Shown here piece by piece: positions 10,137 through 20,864 of a stretch of 64,000 nt of DNA (its first letter is position 1; each line of letters opens with the position of its first letter). Where the stretch lies: NCBI GenBank assembly GCA_918797485.1, contig CAKKNE010000006.1, positions 1,240,001 to 1,304,000 of the forward strand, written 5' to 3'. Source of the DNA: Pelagomonas calceolata. Its lineage: Eukaryota. The notes under the pieces are model-generated. The model did no database searches. It was not told the origin of the DNA and saw only the letters and a program-made list of their open reading frames with translations. The position numbers and the translations under genes were made by a program.

Positions 10137-11270
10137 ATGATCCTCACGCAGTGCGCCGTCTGCGCCACCGACCTAGGCCTAACCTTGGGCAAGAAATGCG
10201 GCCGCTGCAGCACACGCTATTGTGGGCCTGAATGCCAGGTGCAGCACTGGAAAGAGGGCGGCCACGACCAGCTCTGTAAGCCAATAAAAAAAGCAGGCGG
10301 CGCCGAACAATACAACGCAAATAAGAAGTACTCGGAGGCCGTTACGGTCGCCGCGGAGGCGTGCGCGGACGACACGAAGGGCCAGACGTGCTACATCTGC
10401 ACGCAGGCCGTCCATCGGCACACAAAGGAGGGCCTCGTGCGCATGTGCGCGTGCCGCGGGACGTCGGGCTTCGCGCATGTTTCGTGTCTCGCGGAGCAGG
10501 CGAAGATTTTGGTCGCGGAGGTCGAGGAGAATAATTTGGGCCACGAGGCGTTTAACGAGAGGTGGACGCGGTGGTATTCGTGTAGTCTGTGCGAGCAAGG
10601 ATACCACGGCGTCGTGGCGTGCGCGCTCGGGTGGGCGTGCTGGAAAACGTATGTGGGCCGGCCGGACGCGGACTCGGCTCGGCGCTTGGCGATGACAATG
10701 CTCGGAAACGGTTTATCCGAGGCAAAACACTATGAGGACGCGTTGACCGTGGAAGAGGCTATGTTTTCTATGCAGCAGCGACTTGGCGATTCAGAAAGCA
10801 ACACACTTGTCACGCTGGGCAATCTTGCGGTCACGTATCAAGCGCTTGGACAGCTTGAGAAGTCCCTAAGTATGAAGCGAGACGTATACTCCGGATGGGT
10901 GGACCTCTTTGGCGAGGAACATCCGGAAACCCTCAGAGAAGGCATCAACTACGCGAATTGCCTTGTTCAGATGCTGCGTTTCAAAGAAGCCAAGGCGCTG
11001 CTGCGCAAAACGATGCCCGCGGCGCGACGCGTTCTTGGAGAGAATCATGACATTCCGCTCGAGATGAGGTCGATGTACGCGCAAGCGCTCTGCCGGGACC
11101 CCGCCGCCACGCTCGACGATCTCCGCGAGGCCGTGACAACGCTCGAGGACACGGAGCGGACCGCGCGGCGCTTGCTCGGCGGATCGCACCCCGTCGCAGC
11201 GGAGATTGAGAAATCCCTGCGAATCGCGCGAGCCGCGCTCCGCGCCCGCGACACGCCGGGGAGCGCGTAA
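10137..11270 (+). CDS. zf-MYND + RINGv + kinesin-light-chain-type TPR protein (copy 1, intact)
   Basis: CAVC...CGRC..RYCGPECQ..HW..GH..LC (MYND); CYIC...MCACRGTSGFAHVSCL...W.SCSLC (RINGv); repeated LG..HP.TL TPR motifs. Confidence 0.85.
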   Translation: MILTQCAVCATDLGLTLGKKCGRCSTRYCGPECQVQHWKEGGHDQLCKPIKKAGGAEQYNANKKYSEAVTVAAEACADDTKGQTCYICTQAVHRHTKEGLVRMCACRGTSGFAHVSCLAEQAKILVAEVEENNLGHEAFNERWTRWYSCSLCEQGYHGVVACALGWACWKTYVGRPDADSARRLAMTMLGNGLSEAKHYEDALTVEEAMFSMQQRLGDSESNTLVTLGNLAVTYQALGQLEKSLSMKRDVYSGWVDLFGEEHPETLREGINYANCLVQMLRFKEAKALLRKTMPAARRVLGENHDIPLEMRSMYAQALCRDPAATLDDLREAVTTLEDTERTARRLLGGSHPVAAEIEKSLRIARAALRARDTPGSA

Positions 11271-11331
11271 TCACTACAGAGGCACCCTGTCACTACGAAG
11301 AGACGCGACTCCTAACGCGACTCTTACGCCC

Positions 11332-12276
11332 CTAGTTGCCGACCTTGACCAAATTCCCCTCCGCGTCCTCCTCGAGCCCCTCCTTCTCCAAATATTCGGC
11401 GGCCAGCCGATCGAACTCCGCCTCCTTCGCCTTCATGTTGACGACGTAGGGGTGGTTCGGGTGCGCGCCGTACAGTAATTGCTGGTAGCGGTTGATCTCC
11501 TTCTCCTCCTTGCCCATGTGCGCGCTGCACGTGATCAAATTGATCAAAGCGTCCGCATCATCACTCTTCTTCCCGAGGGCCTCCTGCAATCTTTTCTGGG
11601 CTTCCTCATAATCCTTCTGGTGCATCTTGGCGACGGCCAACCCGTTCAGCAGCGTCAAGCTACTTCCGAACTTGTCGATGAGCTCCTCGTACGTATACGC
11701 CGCCTCCTTCGTGTTGTCGCCACCTTTGTGCAGATTGATCCACGCGCCCACGAGCTGCGTCAGCGTCGCGTCCTCGTCGATCGCCTCGAGCTTCTTGAAG
11801 GACTGCTCGGCTAAATCACATCTATTGATCTGCAGGCACATCTGCGCCCACAGCGCGGTCTGCTCCATGGTTGATTGCTTTTTGAGGGCCGTGAAGGCCT
11901 CCTTCTGCAGGTCTTCTCTCTGGTAGATGATGGCGGCTACCAACTGCACGGTAGAGTTCTCGCGCGTCTCCTTCTCGGTGAGCCACGTTCCCAAAGTCTC
12001 GACGACGCCGTCGCGCGTCCCGGACGGGTTCTCGAGGTACTCCGCTAATAATTTCACCGCTCGCAAACTAACCGGGGCGTCGTCGTCGACCTCGCTGATA
12101 ACTAGGGCGTACTGGCCCTGGCCGACGTAGCTCCTGTATACAAATTCGTCGCGCTCTATTTTTAACTCATCCGTCAAGCGGTTCAGGCGGCCGCCCTCGT
12201 TGATGGCCTGCTGGAAGGAGCCCAGCCAGAAGAGGTTCCTGAGCGTGTAGAGCTCGTCGGGGTCCGTGGAGGCCAT
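11332..12276 (-). CDS. COPE: Coatomer subunit epsilon
   Basis: N-terminal DPDELYTLRNLFWLGSFQQAINE, DEDATLTQL, a TPR-like body and HPNHPYV...EAEFDRLA; 314 aa. Confidence 0.93.
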   Translation of the reverse strand: MASTDPDELYTLRNLFWLGSFQQAINEGGRLNRLTDELKIERDEFVYRSYVGQGQYALVISEVDDDAPVSLRAVKLLAEYLENPSGTRDGVVETLGTWLTEKETRENSTVQLVAAIIYQREDLQKEAFTALKKQSTMEQTALWAQMCLQINRCDLAEQSFKKLEAIDEDATLTQLVGAWINLHKGGDNTKEAAYTYEELIDKFGSSLTLLNGLAVAKMHQKDYEEAQKRLQEALGKKSDDADALINLITCSAHMGKEEKEINRYQQLLYGAHPNHPYVVNMKAKEAEFDRLAAEYLEKEGLEEDAEGNLVKVGN

Positions 12277-12824
12277 CCTGCCGCGCGGCGCTTACTGAGC
12301 TCCCTACAGACACAGCGTATGGGTGTGCGGCGCGTCGCGGCGGAGCAGGCGTTTGACAGCAAAAAAATATAATATTGCGGCGGCTGCTGCGGCGGCGAAC
12401 TTGTGCCAGGTCGGCGCGCGCGAGCCTCTTTTTTGCGGCTTATTGCTAAAGTTGCTAAAATGGAGCGAAACCCGCGCGCTTTAGCGCCAATTCCCCTCTG
12501 GCCCGTGCCTGGATGCTTGTGAGGCTTCCATGGACGGGTCAAAGAGGCCTGTGGGGGCATTGATGGTCAGAGCGATGGAAGCAGCTCGACCTACATCAGC
12601 GCTTATTGTCGCGTCGCCAGACCAGCCCGCTTGCGCACACAGCGTGTGCAGTGTATCGCATTGCTAAGCTATAGTACCGGGACGGTTCACGGCTAAGAAA
12701 GAGCCCGTTCGGTGCCCTACTCCTGCAGCTTCAGGTCTGACATAACAGGCTTGACTGCTCTCACCGCGCGCGGCGAGGCATAAAAACACCGGCCCGACAG
12801 CCCACCACACCGCGGCGCCGCTAG

Positions 12825-15113
12825 ATGAAGAACAAGCGCACCGTCCTCACCATGCTCCTGGCGCGTCGAGTCTGCGGCTGGTCGGCGCGCCAATTGCTCA
12901 AGCCGCGGCCGATCCGCACGGCCTTCAAGTCCAGTACCAGAGCGGCGCCGCTCATGTCCGTCGTCGACAAGGAGTCCATGGATTATGTGGATGTCGACAC
13001 CGAGCTGGCCGCCCCTGTGGAGGACGTCGTTGTCGGCGAAGAAGTCGTGCCCGACGCGGAGCCGGAGAAGGACCCCATGGCCATCGAAGGACGTATTTCC
13101 GACCGCCAAGCCGAAAGACTCGCGGAGCGAGGCATCACCACCTTCACGGAGATCCAGCATCGAAGCTACGAGCCCGTGTTCGAGGGCCGAGACCTGCTAG
13201 GTAAATCTAGAACGGGCACGGGCAAGACCGTGGCCTTCGGCCTGCCCATCATCGAGAAGCTCGCGGAGATGCGGTCGAATGGCGAGTACGACCACAAGCG
13301 GCGCGGCCGCGGCCCCGCGATGCTGGTCTTGACGCCGACGCGCGAACTCGCGAAGCAGGTCCATGATGAATTGAAGTACCTGGCGGACACGCACGGCTTC
13401 TCGACGACGTGCTTCCACGGTGGTGTCAGCTATGGCCCCCAGGAGGGTGCCCTCAGAAGAGGAGTAGATATCTTAGTCGCGACGGTCGGCCGCGTCATCG
13501 ACCATATTGATCGAGGCAACTTACAGCTCAACGACGCCTACCACGTCGTCTTGGATGAAGCTGATGAAATGTTAAGTATGGGCTTCGCTGATGATGTGGA
13601 GCGCATTTTTGGGGAGTGCCCGGCGGGCAAGGCCAAGGGCATGGGCTCGGGCGGCGGCGCGCCGGCCCCCGACGACGCCTTCGACCTCGACGAGTTATTG
13701 GGCGAGGAGGCGCCGCCCGCGCCGGTCGCCGAGAGCCGAAGACCGCAAACATTATTATTCTCCGCCACATCACCAGGATGGATCAAGAAGATGACGCGGC
13801 GCTTCATGACGGACCACGTGTTTGTGGATGTGGTTGGAGACGCCACCCAACAAGCTGCTACTACGGTGACGCACAAAGCGGTATTAGTGCCTCGGTCGAA
13901 CGACGCCAGAGCCTCGTTACTCGAGGATATTATTTCGGTGGAGCTGTCCCAAAGGCAAGGTCAAGTAACCGACGAGCAGCAGAACGGCGGCGGGCGCGTT
14001 ATTGTCTTCACCGCGACCAAGAGGGAGTGCGACGAGCTCGCGGGCGGTCCCGCCTTCCAGAGACTATCGGCACAAGTGCTCCATGGCGACATCGGCCAAA
14101 GTCAGAGGGAAGCGACGCTGGCGCAGTTCCGACGGGGCCAATTTTCAGTATTAGTAGCTACTGATGTGGCTGCTCGCGGAATTGACGTGAAAGGAGTGGA
14201 TCTGGTGGTGCAGTTCCGCACGCCGAGGGATGCCGAAGGATACGTGCATCGCTCGGGACGAACGGGCCGGGCCGGGAGGGACGGGACCGCGGTGGTCTTG
14301 TACGACGACCGGGAAGAACGCGACGTGAGATCGCTCGAGCGAGAAACGGGTGTGAAATTCCAAAGGCTCGGCCCGCCGTCGGCCGGGCGCGTGCTCGAGG
14401 CGGCGTCGCTCGATGCGGCGCGCGCTTTGACGCGGGTGCAGGACGACGTCGTGCCGCACTTCCTCGAGACGGCCAAACAGTTATGTGCGGACGAGCTCGC
14501 CGAGACGTCGGACGAGGCGGCGTCGTTAGTTGCTCGATGCTTAGCCGCGGTCGCGCGGCAGAACGAGCTGAGGGCTCGGTCCGTGCTGACGGGCGAGGCC
14601 GATCGGACGACCTTGTTGATGAGCGCGCCGCGGCCGCTCAAGACGTCGGACGTCGTGTACGCCGTCTCCAAACTCCTAGAGAGAGTACCCAAACAGGAAG
14701 GCGCGACGCCGAACGATAATGATCGGGTCGGTGCCGTACGAGTATGTAAAGAACCGTCGCAAGCGGTGTTTGACGTTCGTTCGACGACGGCGCAGCGGTT
14801 ATTAGCCTTCTGCGAGGAGCAGAACTTCAACAAGTTCACGTTCGAGGTCTGCGAGGTCCTGCCGCAGCTGCAGCCGCAGCAGCGCCGCGACTTCAACGGC
14901 GGCGGCGGTGGATATCGAGGTGGTGGTTATCGTGGTGGGCGCGGCGGCGGCGGCGGCTACCGCGGCGGTGGCGGTTATAGAGGTGGTGGGAGAGGCGGCG
15001 GCGGCGGCTACCGCCAGGGCGGCTACCGGGGCGGCGGCGGCGGCGGTGGTTATAGAGGCGGCGGCGGCGGCGGCGGCGGGTACCGCGGCGGCGGCGGCCG
15101 CGACCGCTACTAG
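12825..15113 (+). CDS. DEAD-box RNA helicase, DDX21/RH3/RH7-like, with a GUCT-like region and RGG tail; possibly organelle-targeted
   Basis: Q motif, TGTGKT, PTRELA, DEAD, SAT, ATDVAARGID and YVHRSGRTGRAG; C-terminal GGYRGG repeats. Confidence 0.9.
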   Translation: MKNKRTVLTMLLARRVCGWSARQLLKPRPIRTAFKSSTRAAPLMSVVDKESMDYVDVDTELAAPVEDVVVGEEVVPDAEPEKDPMAIEGRISDRQAERLAERGITTFTEIQHRSYEPVFEGRDLLGKSRTGTGKTVAFGLPIIEKLAEMRSNGEYDHKRRGRGPAMLVLTPTRELAKQVHDELKYLADTHGFSTTCFHGGVSYGPQEGALRRGVDILVATVGRVIDHIDRGNLQLNDAYHVVLDEADEMLSMGFADDVERIFGECPAGKAKGMGSGGGAPAPDDAFDLDELLGEEAPPAPVAESRRPQTLLFSATSPGWIKKMTRRFMTDHVFVDVVGDATQQAATTVTHKAVLVPRSNDARASLLEDIISVELSQRQGQVTDEQQNGGGRVIVFTATKRECDELAGGPAFQRLSAQVLHGDIGQSQREATLAQFRRGQFSVLVATDVAARGIDVKGVDLVVQFRTPRDAEGYVHRSGRTGRAGRDGTAVVLYDDREERDVRSLERETGVKFQRLGPPSAGRVLEAASLDAARALTRVQDDVVPHFLETAKQLCADELAETSDEAASLVARCLAAVARQNELRARSVLTGEADRTTLLMSAPRPLKTSDVVYAVSKLLERVPKQEGATPNDNDRVGAVRVCKEPSQAVFDVRSTTAQRLLAFCEEQNFNKFTFEVCEVLPQLQPQQRRDFNGGGGGYRGGGYRGGRGGGGGYRGGGGYRGGGRGGGGGYRQGGYRGGGGGGGYRGGGGGGGGYRGGGGRDRY

Positions 15114-15648
15114 GACTCTCGCTTCGCTTCGACCCCTCCCATTCCCTGTGTCCAGTAACGGTGCGATTTCGTTCCTCGTGTCTTGCTTAGAGCTAGGCCT
15201 CTAAGCTAGGCCGCGTGACCGTCCTTGCCGGGGCCCCGGGGAGGAGATCGGGGGGGCGCCCGTGGTCGGCGCCGCGAGCGGCTCTTCGGGCCGGCGCGCA
15301 AGGCCCCACGCCTCCCTAGTTTTCATCTTAAACCCGCACCCTAGCTAGAGTCAACTTTTTCGCGGCCCCGCGCCACGCCCATAAGGGAGACCTCGAAAGG
15401 CCGCAAAGAGGCCTCGGAAGGCCCAATAATTTTTCATTTTTTTCGTTTCGTCAGATGATGCAAGGACGGCCCGACTGTAAAAGAGACGGCCCGACTAGTA
15501 AAAGGCCGGCCCGGCGCCGCGCGGCGCGTCGAGGCGCCTTGGGTGTTGCCCTCCCGACGTTCGCTGCGGGCAGCCGCTTCATTCAGGCCGCCGCGCGCGC
15601 GGGCAGCCCCCCAGCGAAACAGGCTGTTTTGACGCCGCCGCCGCTACA

Positions 15649-15813
15649 CGCCGAGCTCGCCTCTCGCTCGTTAAACACGGCCGAAGCTCCCTTACTGAAA
15701 GGAGCAAACGCAACTGGGTGGCCCCACACCCAGCGACAAAAACGGTGGACGCGCCCGCCGGAACGCCGCCGCACCGCGCCGAGCTCGCCTCTCGCTCGTT
15801 AAACACGGCCGAA
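15649..15813 (+). repeat. Perfect 37-bp direct repeat (15649-15685, 15777-15813) abutting the histidine kinase start
   Basis: CGCCGAGCTCGCCTCTCGCTCGTTAAACACGGCCGAA occurs twice, 128 bp apart. Confidence 0.9.
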
Positions 15814-15814
15814 C

Positions 15815-17668
15815 ATGGAGAACCGGAACGCCCACTCGTTACAAAGACAAAATGAACTCGAGCAGCAGCTCATGAGCCGCAGCGCGCCGAACGACGCGGT
15901 ACTACCAGAGCCGCGACCACCACCACAAAAACCGAGGACTGACTTGGACGCGCTCTTCGCGCTCACAAAACGCTTCTGCTGCGTCCAGATCGGCAACTGT
16001 TTTATACTATTGATTGCCGTCCCGGCGTCGATCTACTGCATGATCCTGTCCATGGGGATACTGATCGGCTTCCTCGGATCAATCAAATTCGTGGAGGTGC
16101 GGTGCGCCGCGAAGAGCGAGCGGGAGAAGCGCGACGTCTTCGGAAGGCACTGGCTGCTGCTGATGCACCTGTGGCTGCCCTACGCGGCCATGACGCGCGC
16201 CCACGAGGCGTGGCGCTTCTCGGCGCCGGTCTGGGCCTACGGGCTGGGCTCGACGGTCTGGGTCATCTTCGGGCTTTATCAGAGGCAGCTCGGATTACGG
16301 CCGGAGATCCGGCTGTGGACGGGCGCCGTCGTAAGCGTGTCCTTCCTGGCGCACGTGCCCTACACGGACATGGGCCAGCCCATCGAGGGGTTGTTGGTCG
16401 CGGGCGGCATCGCGTTCGGGGAATTATTAGGATTAACGCTCGAGGCGCAGCGGGCCCAGGTCCAGGTCGAGGTCGAGCGCGAGGCGCAGCGCGTCCTGAA
16501 CCACACGGCGAAGCGACTGATGTGCAACACGGCCCAGGCCGCGCAATTAGTTTTATCTCAACTAGATGATTTAGCCTCAGACGACCCCGTCGTGCGGCAC
16601 ACGGCGCGGTCCGAGTCCGAGGAGGTGCTGCGGAGCTGCTGGGCCGCGACGGTCATGGGCTACAACGCTTGTAGAGCAAACTTACTACAAAGACGCTTAC
16701 ACCATTCGATCCGGGAGCCCTTTGGCGTTGATGAGTTATTAACAGCAGTATGTTGGCCGCCCGCGAAATTTATCGTGCAGAAACCTAGGACTTTTTGCAG
16801 GCCTGCGGGTGATCGAGTGTTGGTGGAGACCGTATTATTCAACGCGACGCAGAACGCGCGGTTACACGGTGGAGATGCCCCGGTCCAAGTCAGCGCGGCC
16901 TTCTCGTGCCACGAGGACGACTGCGACTTGCGATTGGAAGTGATCAACGTCGCGGGGCGGAACCACGCCCAGCTCAGAGCGCTCCGGGTCCAGGATTTAT
17001 TAGCTGCGGACGTCGACTTCGCGTCGCTCGGGATGGGGACGGCCGAGTCCACTTTTTTGGGTCTGCGGGACATCACGCTCGCTGCCAAGGCCATGGAGCC
17101 TCCTGCCAGTGTGGAGCTGCGCGTCGAGGAGGATTGCGTGAGGTTCGTCATGGTGTGTACGTTGAAGGTGGCGTCGGACGAGGAGCCCGTGCAGCGGGGC
17201 GTCAAGCGTAGTCGTGACTTGCCCGATGGGTTGTGTTATGTGGTCTTAGATGATGACAAGATCACGCGGTTGTTGGCGCGCAAGCAAATTGCGAAATTCG
17301 GCCCTCATCCTCGTTCCATCGTGTTGGGCGAGTCGAGGCAGGAAGCTCTATCTGTTCCTGAAAGGGTTAGAACGTTAGCTCACGAGTTGGGCGAAGAAAA
17401 CGTCGTCGTCATCTTAGATCAGAACTTGAACTATCCCGACGGCGACGTCCTCGGCACCGACCTCGCGTCGACTTTACGTAGAAACGCCTACGGCGGCACG
17501 ATCGTCATCCAGTCGGCCAACGCCGAGCCCTCGGACTGTATTACGTATGCCGACGCCGGCGCCGACGGCACGCTCGCCAAAGGTGTTTTAGCAGCTACTT
17601 CAGCAGCGGAGCTCGCGCTGATCTTCTGGGGGCGGTTAGCCAAGGGCCGCAAGCGGAGCCGCACGTAG
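15815..17668 (+). CDS. Membrane-bound hybrid histidine kinase-like protein (TM sensor, HisKA, HATPase-like, receiver)
   Basis: About 5 TM helices; H-box VLNHTAKRL; N-box FNATQNARLHG; G2-like STFLGL; receiver motifs LDDD, ILDQNL, QSAN and GADGTLAK. Confidence 0.8.
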   Translation: MENRNAHSLQRQNELEQQLMSRSAPNDAVLPEPRPPPQKPRTDLDALFALTKRFCCVQIGNCFILLIAVPASIYCMILSMGILIGFLGSIKFVEVRCAAKSEREKRDVFGRHWLLLMHLWLPYAAMTRAHEAWRFSAPVWAYGLGSTVWVIFGLYQRQLGLRPEIRLWTGAVVSVSFLAHVPYTDMGQPIEGLLVAGGIAFGELLGLTLEAQRAQVQVEVEREAQRVLNHTAKRLMCNTAQAAQLVLSQLDDLASDDPVVRHTARSESEEVLRSCWAATVMGYNACRANLLQRRLHHSIREPFGVDELLTAVCWPPAKFIVQKPRTFCRPAGDRVLVETVLFNATQNARLHGGDAPVQVSAAFSCHEDDCDLRLEVINVAGRNHAQLRALRVQDLLAADVDFASLGMGTAESTFLGLRDITLAAKAMEPPASVELRVEEDCVRFVMVCTLKVASDEEPVQRGVKRSRDLPDGLCYVVLDDDKITRLLARKQIAKFGPHPRSIVLGESRQEALSVPERVRTLAHELGEENVVVILDQNLNYPDGDVLGTDLASTLRRNAYGGTIVIQSANAEPSDCITYADAGADGTLAKGVLAATSAAELALIFWGRLAKGRKRSRT

Positions 17669-18009
17669 TAGTTGCGGCACACAGGCCCTAGTGAGGGCAC
17701 TCTCTCCTCTTAATCTTATTTCCCTTCTCTTTCTGGTGTTTCCTCGCGCCCGTCGAACGGTGCACCGGGTCTGGGCGCCTTGGAGGGGTCCGGAGGCGGT
17801 CGCGAGGTGCCTGGGGTGGGGACTGCCAAGCGTGTACAAGAAATTCGTTCCCAAGCCGGAATTCGTTCCTTTTAGGCTCATTTTCACTGCATTAGGCCGA
17901 CACAAGTCGCGATCCGCACTGCTCGAACGTTGCGCACGCGAAGTACATTCGTTCAATCCTCCTCAGTACCCCGCTCGCCGCCTACAGCGTACACAGGGAA
18001 TCAGCAATC

Positions 18010-19256
18010 ATGCTCAAAAAAATCATTGTCATTGCTCTGCTCGCCTCGGCTGAGGCCCGCGACTCGGATGCCGACGCCGCCGCACTCTCGAAGGACCGCC
18101 AGGACTTCAAGCGCGCCCTCGAGTCGTTAGACGCGCTCGCGACCGCGTCGAACGCGGTCGCGACCAGCGACGACAAGGCCGCGCACGCCGAAGCGCTCAT
18201 CGCGGCGTCCAGAGCGGCGCGCCAAGCCCTATCCGCGCCGCTCGCGCGCCGCCGCGAGGACTTCGCCGGCCGCCGCGACGAGTCCGCCGGCCGCCGCCTC
18301 AAGTCGGACCACGAGAAGTTCCAGGACGCGCACGAGAAGTGCATGCGCGAGTTCCTCGCGTGGGACGCCTGCACGCCCGACGCCGATGCCGATGATGACG
18401 CCATGATGCCCCCGATGGACGACTTCACGCCGCCGCCGACGTCCGCGTTATGGCTCAAGGATATATGCGATAACACGGCAAATTTCATCGACACCCTCTG
18501 CTCGATCCGCTGCGAGTGCTCCGAAAAAGAGGACGCCTTCTACACGTGCTTCTATGGTGAGGCGTGCAAAGAGTGGTACTCGTCGCCGGACGACTTCTCG
18601 TGCGAGGGCTACAAACTGTGTGGAAATCAACCAGTGTGTCGCGTCGATGGCGTGGAGGTCGACGCTGCGATTCAGGACGAACGCGCCGTAAATTTGATTT
18701 CCACACAGGCTACGACGGCGATCTGATGTACGACCAGGAGACATGTTGCCTCAAAGACCACGAGATCTATTGTGAGGAGTCCAAAACCTGCGAGTTTAAG
18801 GTCTTCGGCTGCCCGGAAGGCGGCGACAGCGAGTGCCAGATGTTCCAGACCTGGTGCGAGGAGACAGAGACGTGCATTTGGTCGTGGGAGGAGTGCGGCG
18901 ACCCCGTGCTCGACCCCAAGCCCGTGCCCGTGCCCCTGTCGCCGACGGCCAAGCCGACCCTGGCGCCGGTCGAGGCCACGCCCATGCCGACGACGAAGAA
19001 GCCCACGGTAGCCCCAGTACCCGCGCCCTCGGCCAAGCCGTCGCTCACGGCCGCGCCCACAAGCCTGCCGACGACCGCCGCCCCGTCGACCACGGCGGCT
19101 CCGACGGCCACGCCGGCGACCGGTGCGCCGGTGGCCTCGAGTCCCTTGGGCGGTGAAGTTGGCGACCGCGACCCCAACGACGATCCGTCCACGGACGCCG
19201 CGGCGGCGCGGGGCGTGACTGTTGTGGCCGTCGCTCTGTTCTTCTACGCGTTGTGA
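18010..19256 (+). CDS. Secreted Cys-rich surface protein with a Pro/Thr stalk and C-terminal GPI/TM anchor; 2 exons (18010-18607, 18709-19256)
   Basis: Signal peptide; removing 18608-18708 gives ...SCEG-YDGDLMY...; PT-rich stalk; hydrophobic C-terminus. Confidence 0.8.
18608..18708 (+). mobile_element. Introner element (family A, short) forming a GC-AG intron
   Basis: TIR CTGTGTGGAAATCAA/TTGATTTCCACACAG; TSD GCTACAAA/GCTACGAC (6/8); frame restored on excision. Confidence 0.9.
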
Positions 19257-19328
19257 GCATCATCTCCCCGTCCCCTTCCCACGATCTCCCTTCCTTTTTT
19301 ACGACACTATAACAATTACAAAAAACGA

Positions 19329-20495
19329 TCAGGGCCACACCTCGAACCGCTGCCCCGGCGAGCTCGAGACGACAAACTCCCGCGCCGCGTCGTCATTGGA
19401 CGGCGTCGCCACGAACCGATGGCCGACGTGCGTCCCGAGCCGCGCGTCCTGGGATTCCGATGAGAGAATCGTCACCGGCGCCAACCCGTCGGGCCCGGCC
19501 CACGCCAGCTCCACACTCACACCGGCCGGCGCGCCGCGACCCAGCGCGAACTCCACTACAATAGAAGTGTCCTCCACGTCACCATCCTCACCAACAGCAA
19601 CGCTCCGCCTCCCAAGCCCCTCGCCCCAGTGCGGCGGTATCGCGACGCGAATGTCCACCCTGTTGAACGTCCAGTTTTTGGGACGGTAGTGTAAAAATAC
19701 CGAACCGTAGTAGTCGCCCCGCATCGGTATGCTTCTACGATGGAAGCACTTGGCCGACTCGTAGAACATCATCTGCCCCGGCTGGAGATTAACGGCAGCG
19801 TAGTCTCCCGTCACGTCCTGGATCTCGATGGGGTACGGCGCGTCTAGTTTGCTGTCGATGTGGAGTATTGAACTAATAACATGTGTCTCGGGCACGTCTA
19901 AGTGGTCCACGAGTGTCGCACCTTCCCGATACAGTCGAACGCCATAGACGGACGTCGGCTCCAGTTCGCATTGGCACCACGCTTCATGTAATGGTTTGAG
20001 GGCATCCAACACCTCGTAGTTCAACCTTTCTTGGTCGATGAAGTCGGGCTCGTTGGGACCCTCGACGCCGCTATGGGCCGTCGCGTCGTCCTCCCTTTCT
20101 CGTCTAGGATTAGCTAGATGGTCGCGCACATTCTTCAGGAGTTTGGCGTAGATCTCGGGAGGCGCTTGCACGACCTCCCACTGCGGCACCGTGAAGTTGT
20201 GCATCAGTCTCGCTTGGGCCAGGAACATCCACGCGTCCCACCTCGCTTGCGAATCTTGGAGAAGCATGATCTCCGCTTCTCGGTGGACCATGGCTTCGGT
20301 GTAGGACGGCAGCTCCTTGCTCGTTAATTTGGGCGGGGGCCATTTTTGGCCGTACCGGCGGTGGAACTCGGCGACGCGGTCGCGCTCATCCACATAAGAC
20401 TTCGTGTCGAAGATCTTGTCGCCGTGGATGCGCCTTGCGAGCCGGTCGTCGTCGGCGCTCGCGAGGGCGGCCAGCGCGAGCGCGAGGTAGCGCAT
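19329..20495 (-). CDS. Secreted 2OG-Fe(II) oxygenase (prolyl-4-hydroxylase-like)
   Basis: Signal peptide; YGVRLY...HLD (HxD), HVISSILHID, YESAKCFHRR and FLHYRP. Confidence 0.7.
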   Translation of the reverse strand: MRYLALALAALASADDDRLARRIHGDKIFDTKSYVDERDRVAEFHRRYGQKWPPPKLTSKELPSYTEAMVHREAEIMLLQDSQARWDAWMFLAQARLMHNFTVPQWEVVQAPPEIYAKLLKNVRDHLANPRREREDDATAHSGVEGPNEPDFIDQERLNYEVLDALKPLHEAWCQCELEPTSVYGVRLYREGATLVDHLDVPETHVISSILHIDSKLDAPYPIEIQDVTGDYAAVNLQPGQMMFYESAKCFHRRSIPMRGDYYGSVFLHYRPKNWTFNRVDIRVAIPPHWGEGLGRRSVAVGEDGDVEDTSIVVEFALGRGAPAGVSVELAWAGPDGLAPVTILSSESQDARLGTHVGHRFVATPSNDDAAREFVVSSSPGQRFEVWP

Positions 20496-20665
20496 GGCTG
20501 GCTGGATGGGTGTGTGCTTGTATTTTGAGACCTAGGCCGGCGTTTCGTCTTCCAGCGCTTCGGTGACTGCAGCACTGCGACAAATGATGACAAATTGCCA
20601 AGCGACAAGATCACGCCAATCGGCTGGCAAAATATTTTGGCAAATCACAGCTGAAAAAAATGCGA

Positions 20666-20689
20666 GCTAGCGGCCTGTAAGACACTAGC
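20666..20689 (+). promoter_or_regulatory. Recurrent 5'-intergenic motif (exact copy)
   Basis: Exact 24-mer between divergent genes. Confidence 0.6.
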
Positions 20690-20864
20690 GGGTTTTTGGC
20701 ACAGCGCTCGAAGCGTCCTCGGACGTGTCTCGAGCCCTCCTCGTGTCGATGACGCGGGCCGCTCCAACGCCCGGCATTTGGACTGTGCCGGCAGCCAACT
20801 GGTGGGGCAGCCATTTACGCTGTTTCGAGGCCGTATTGGTACCGGCAACGCCCAGAGAACCGGC

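Noticed and set aside
14898..15110. GGC-rich repeat
   Set aside because: It is the ordinary coding RGG/GYR tail of the helicase.
15180..17900. Possible transposon carrying the histidine kinase
   Set aside because: No convincing TIR, TSD or transposase was found in the flanks.
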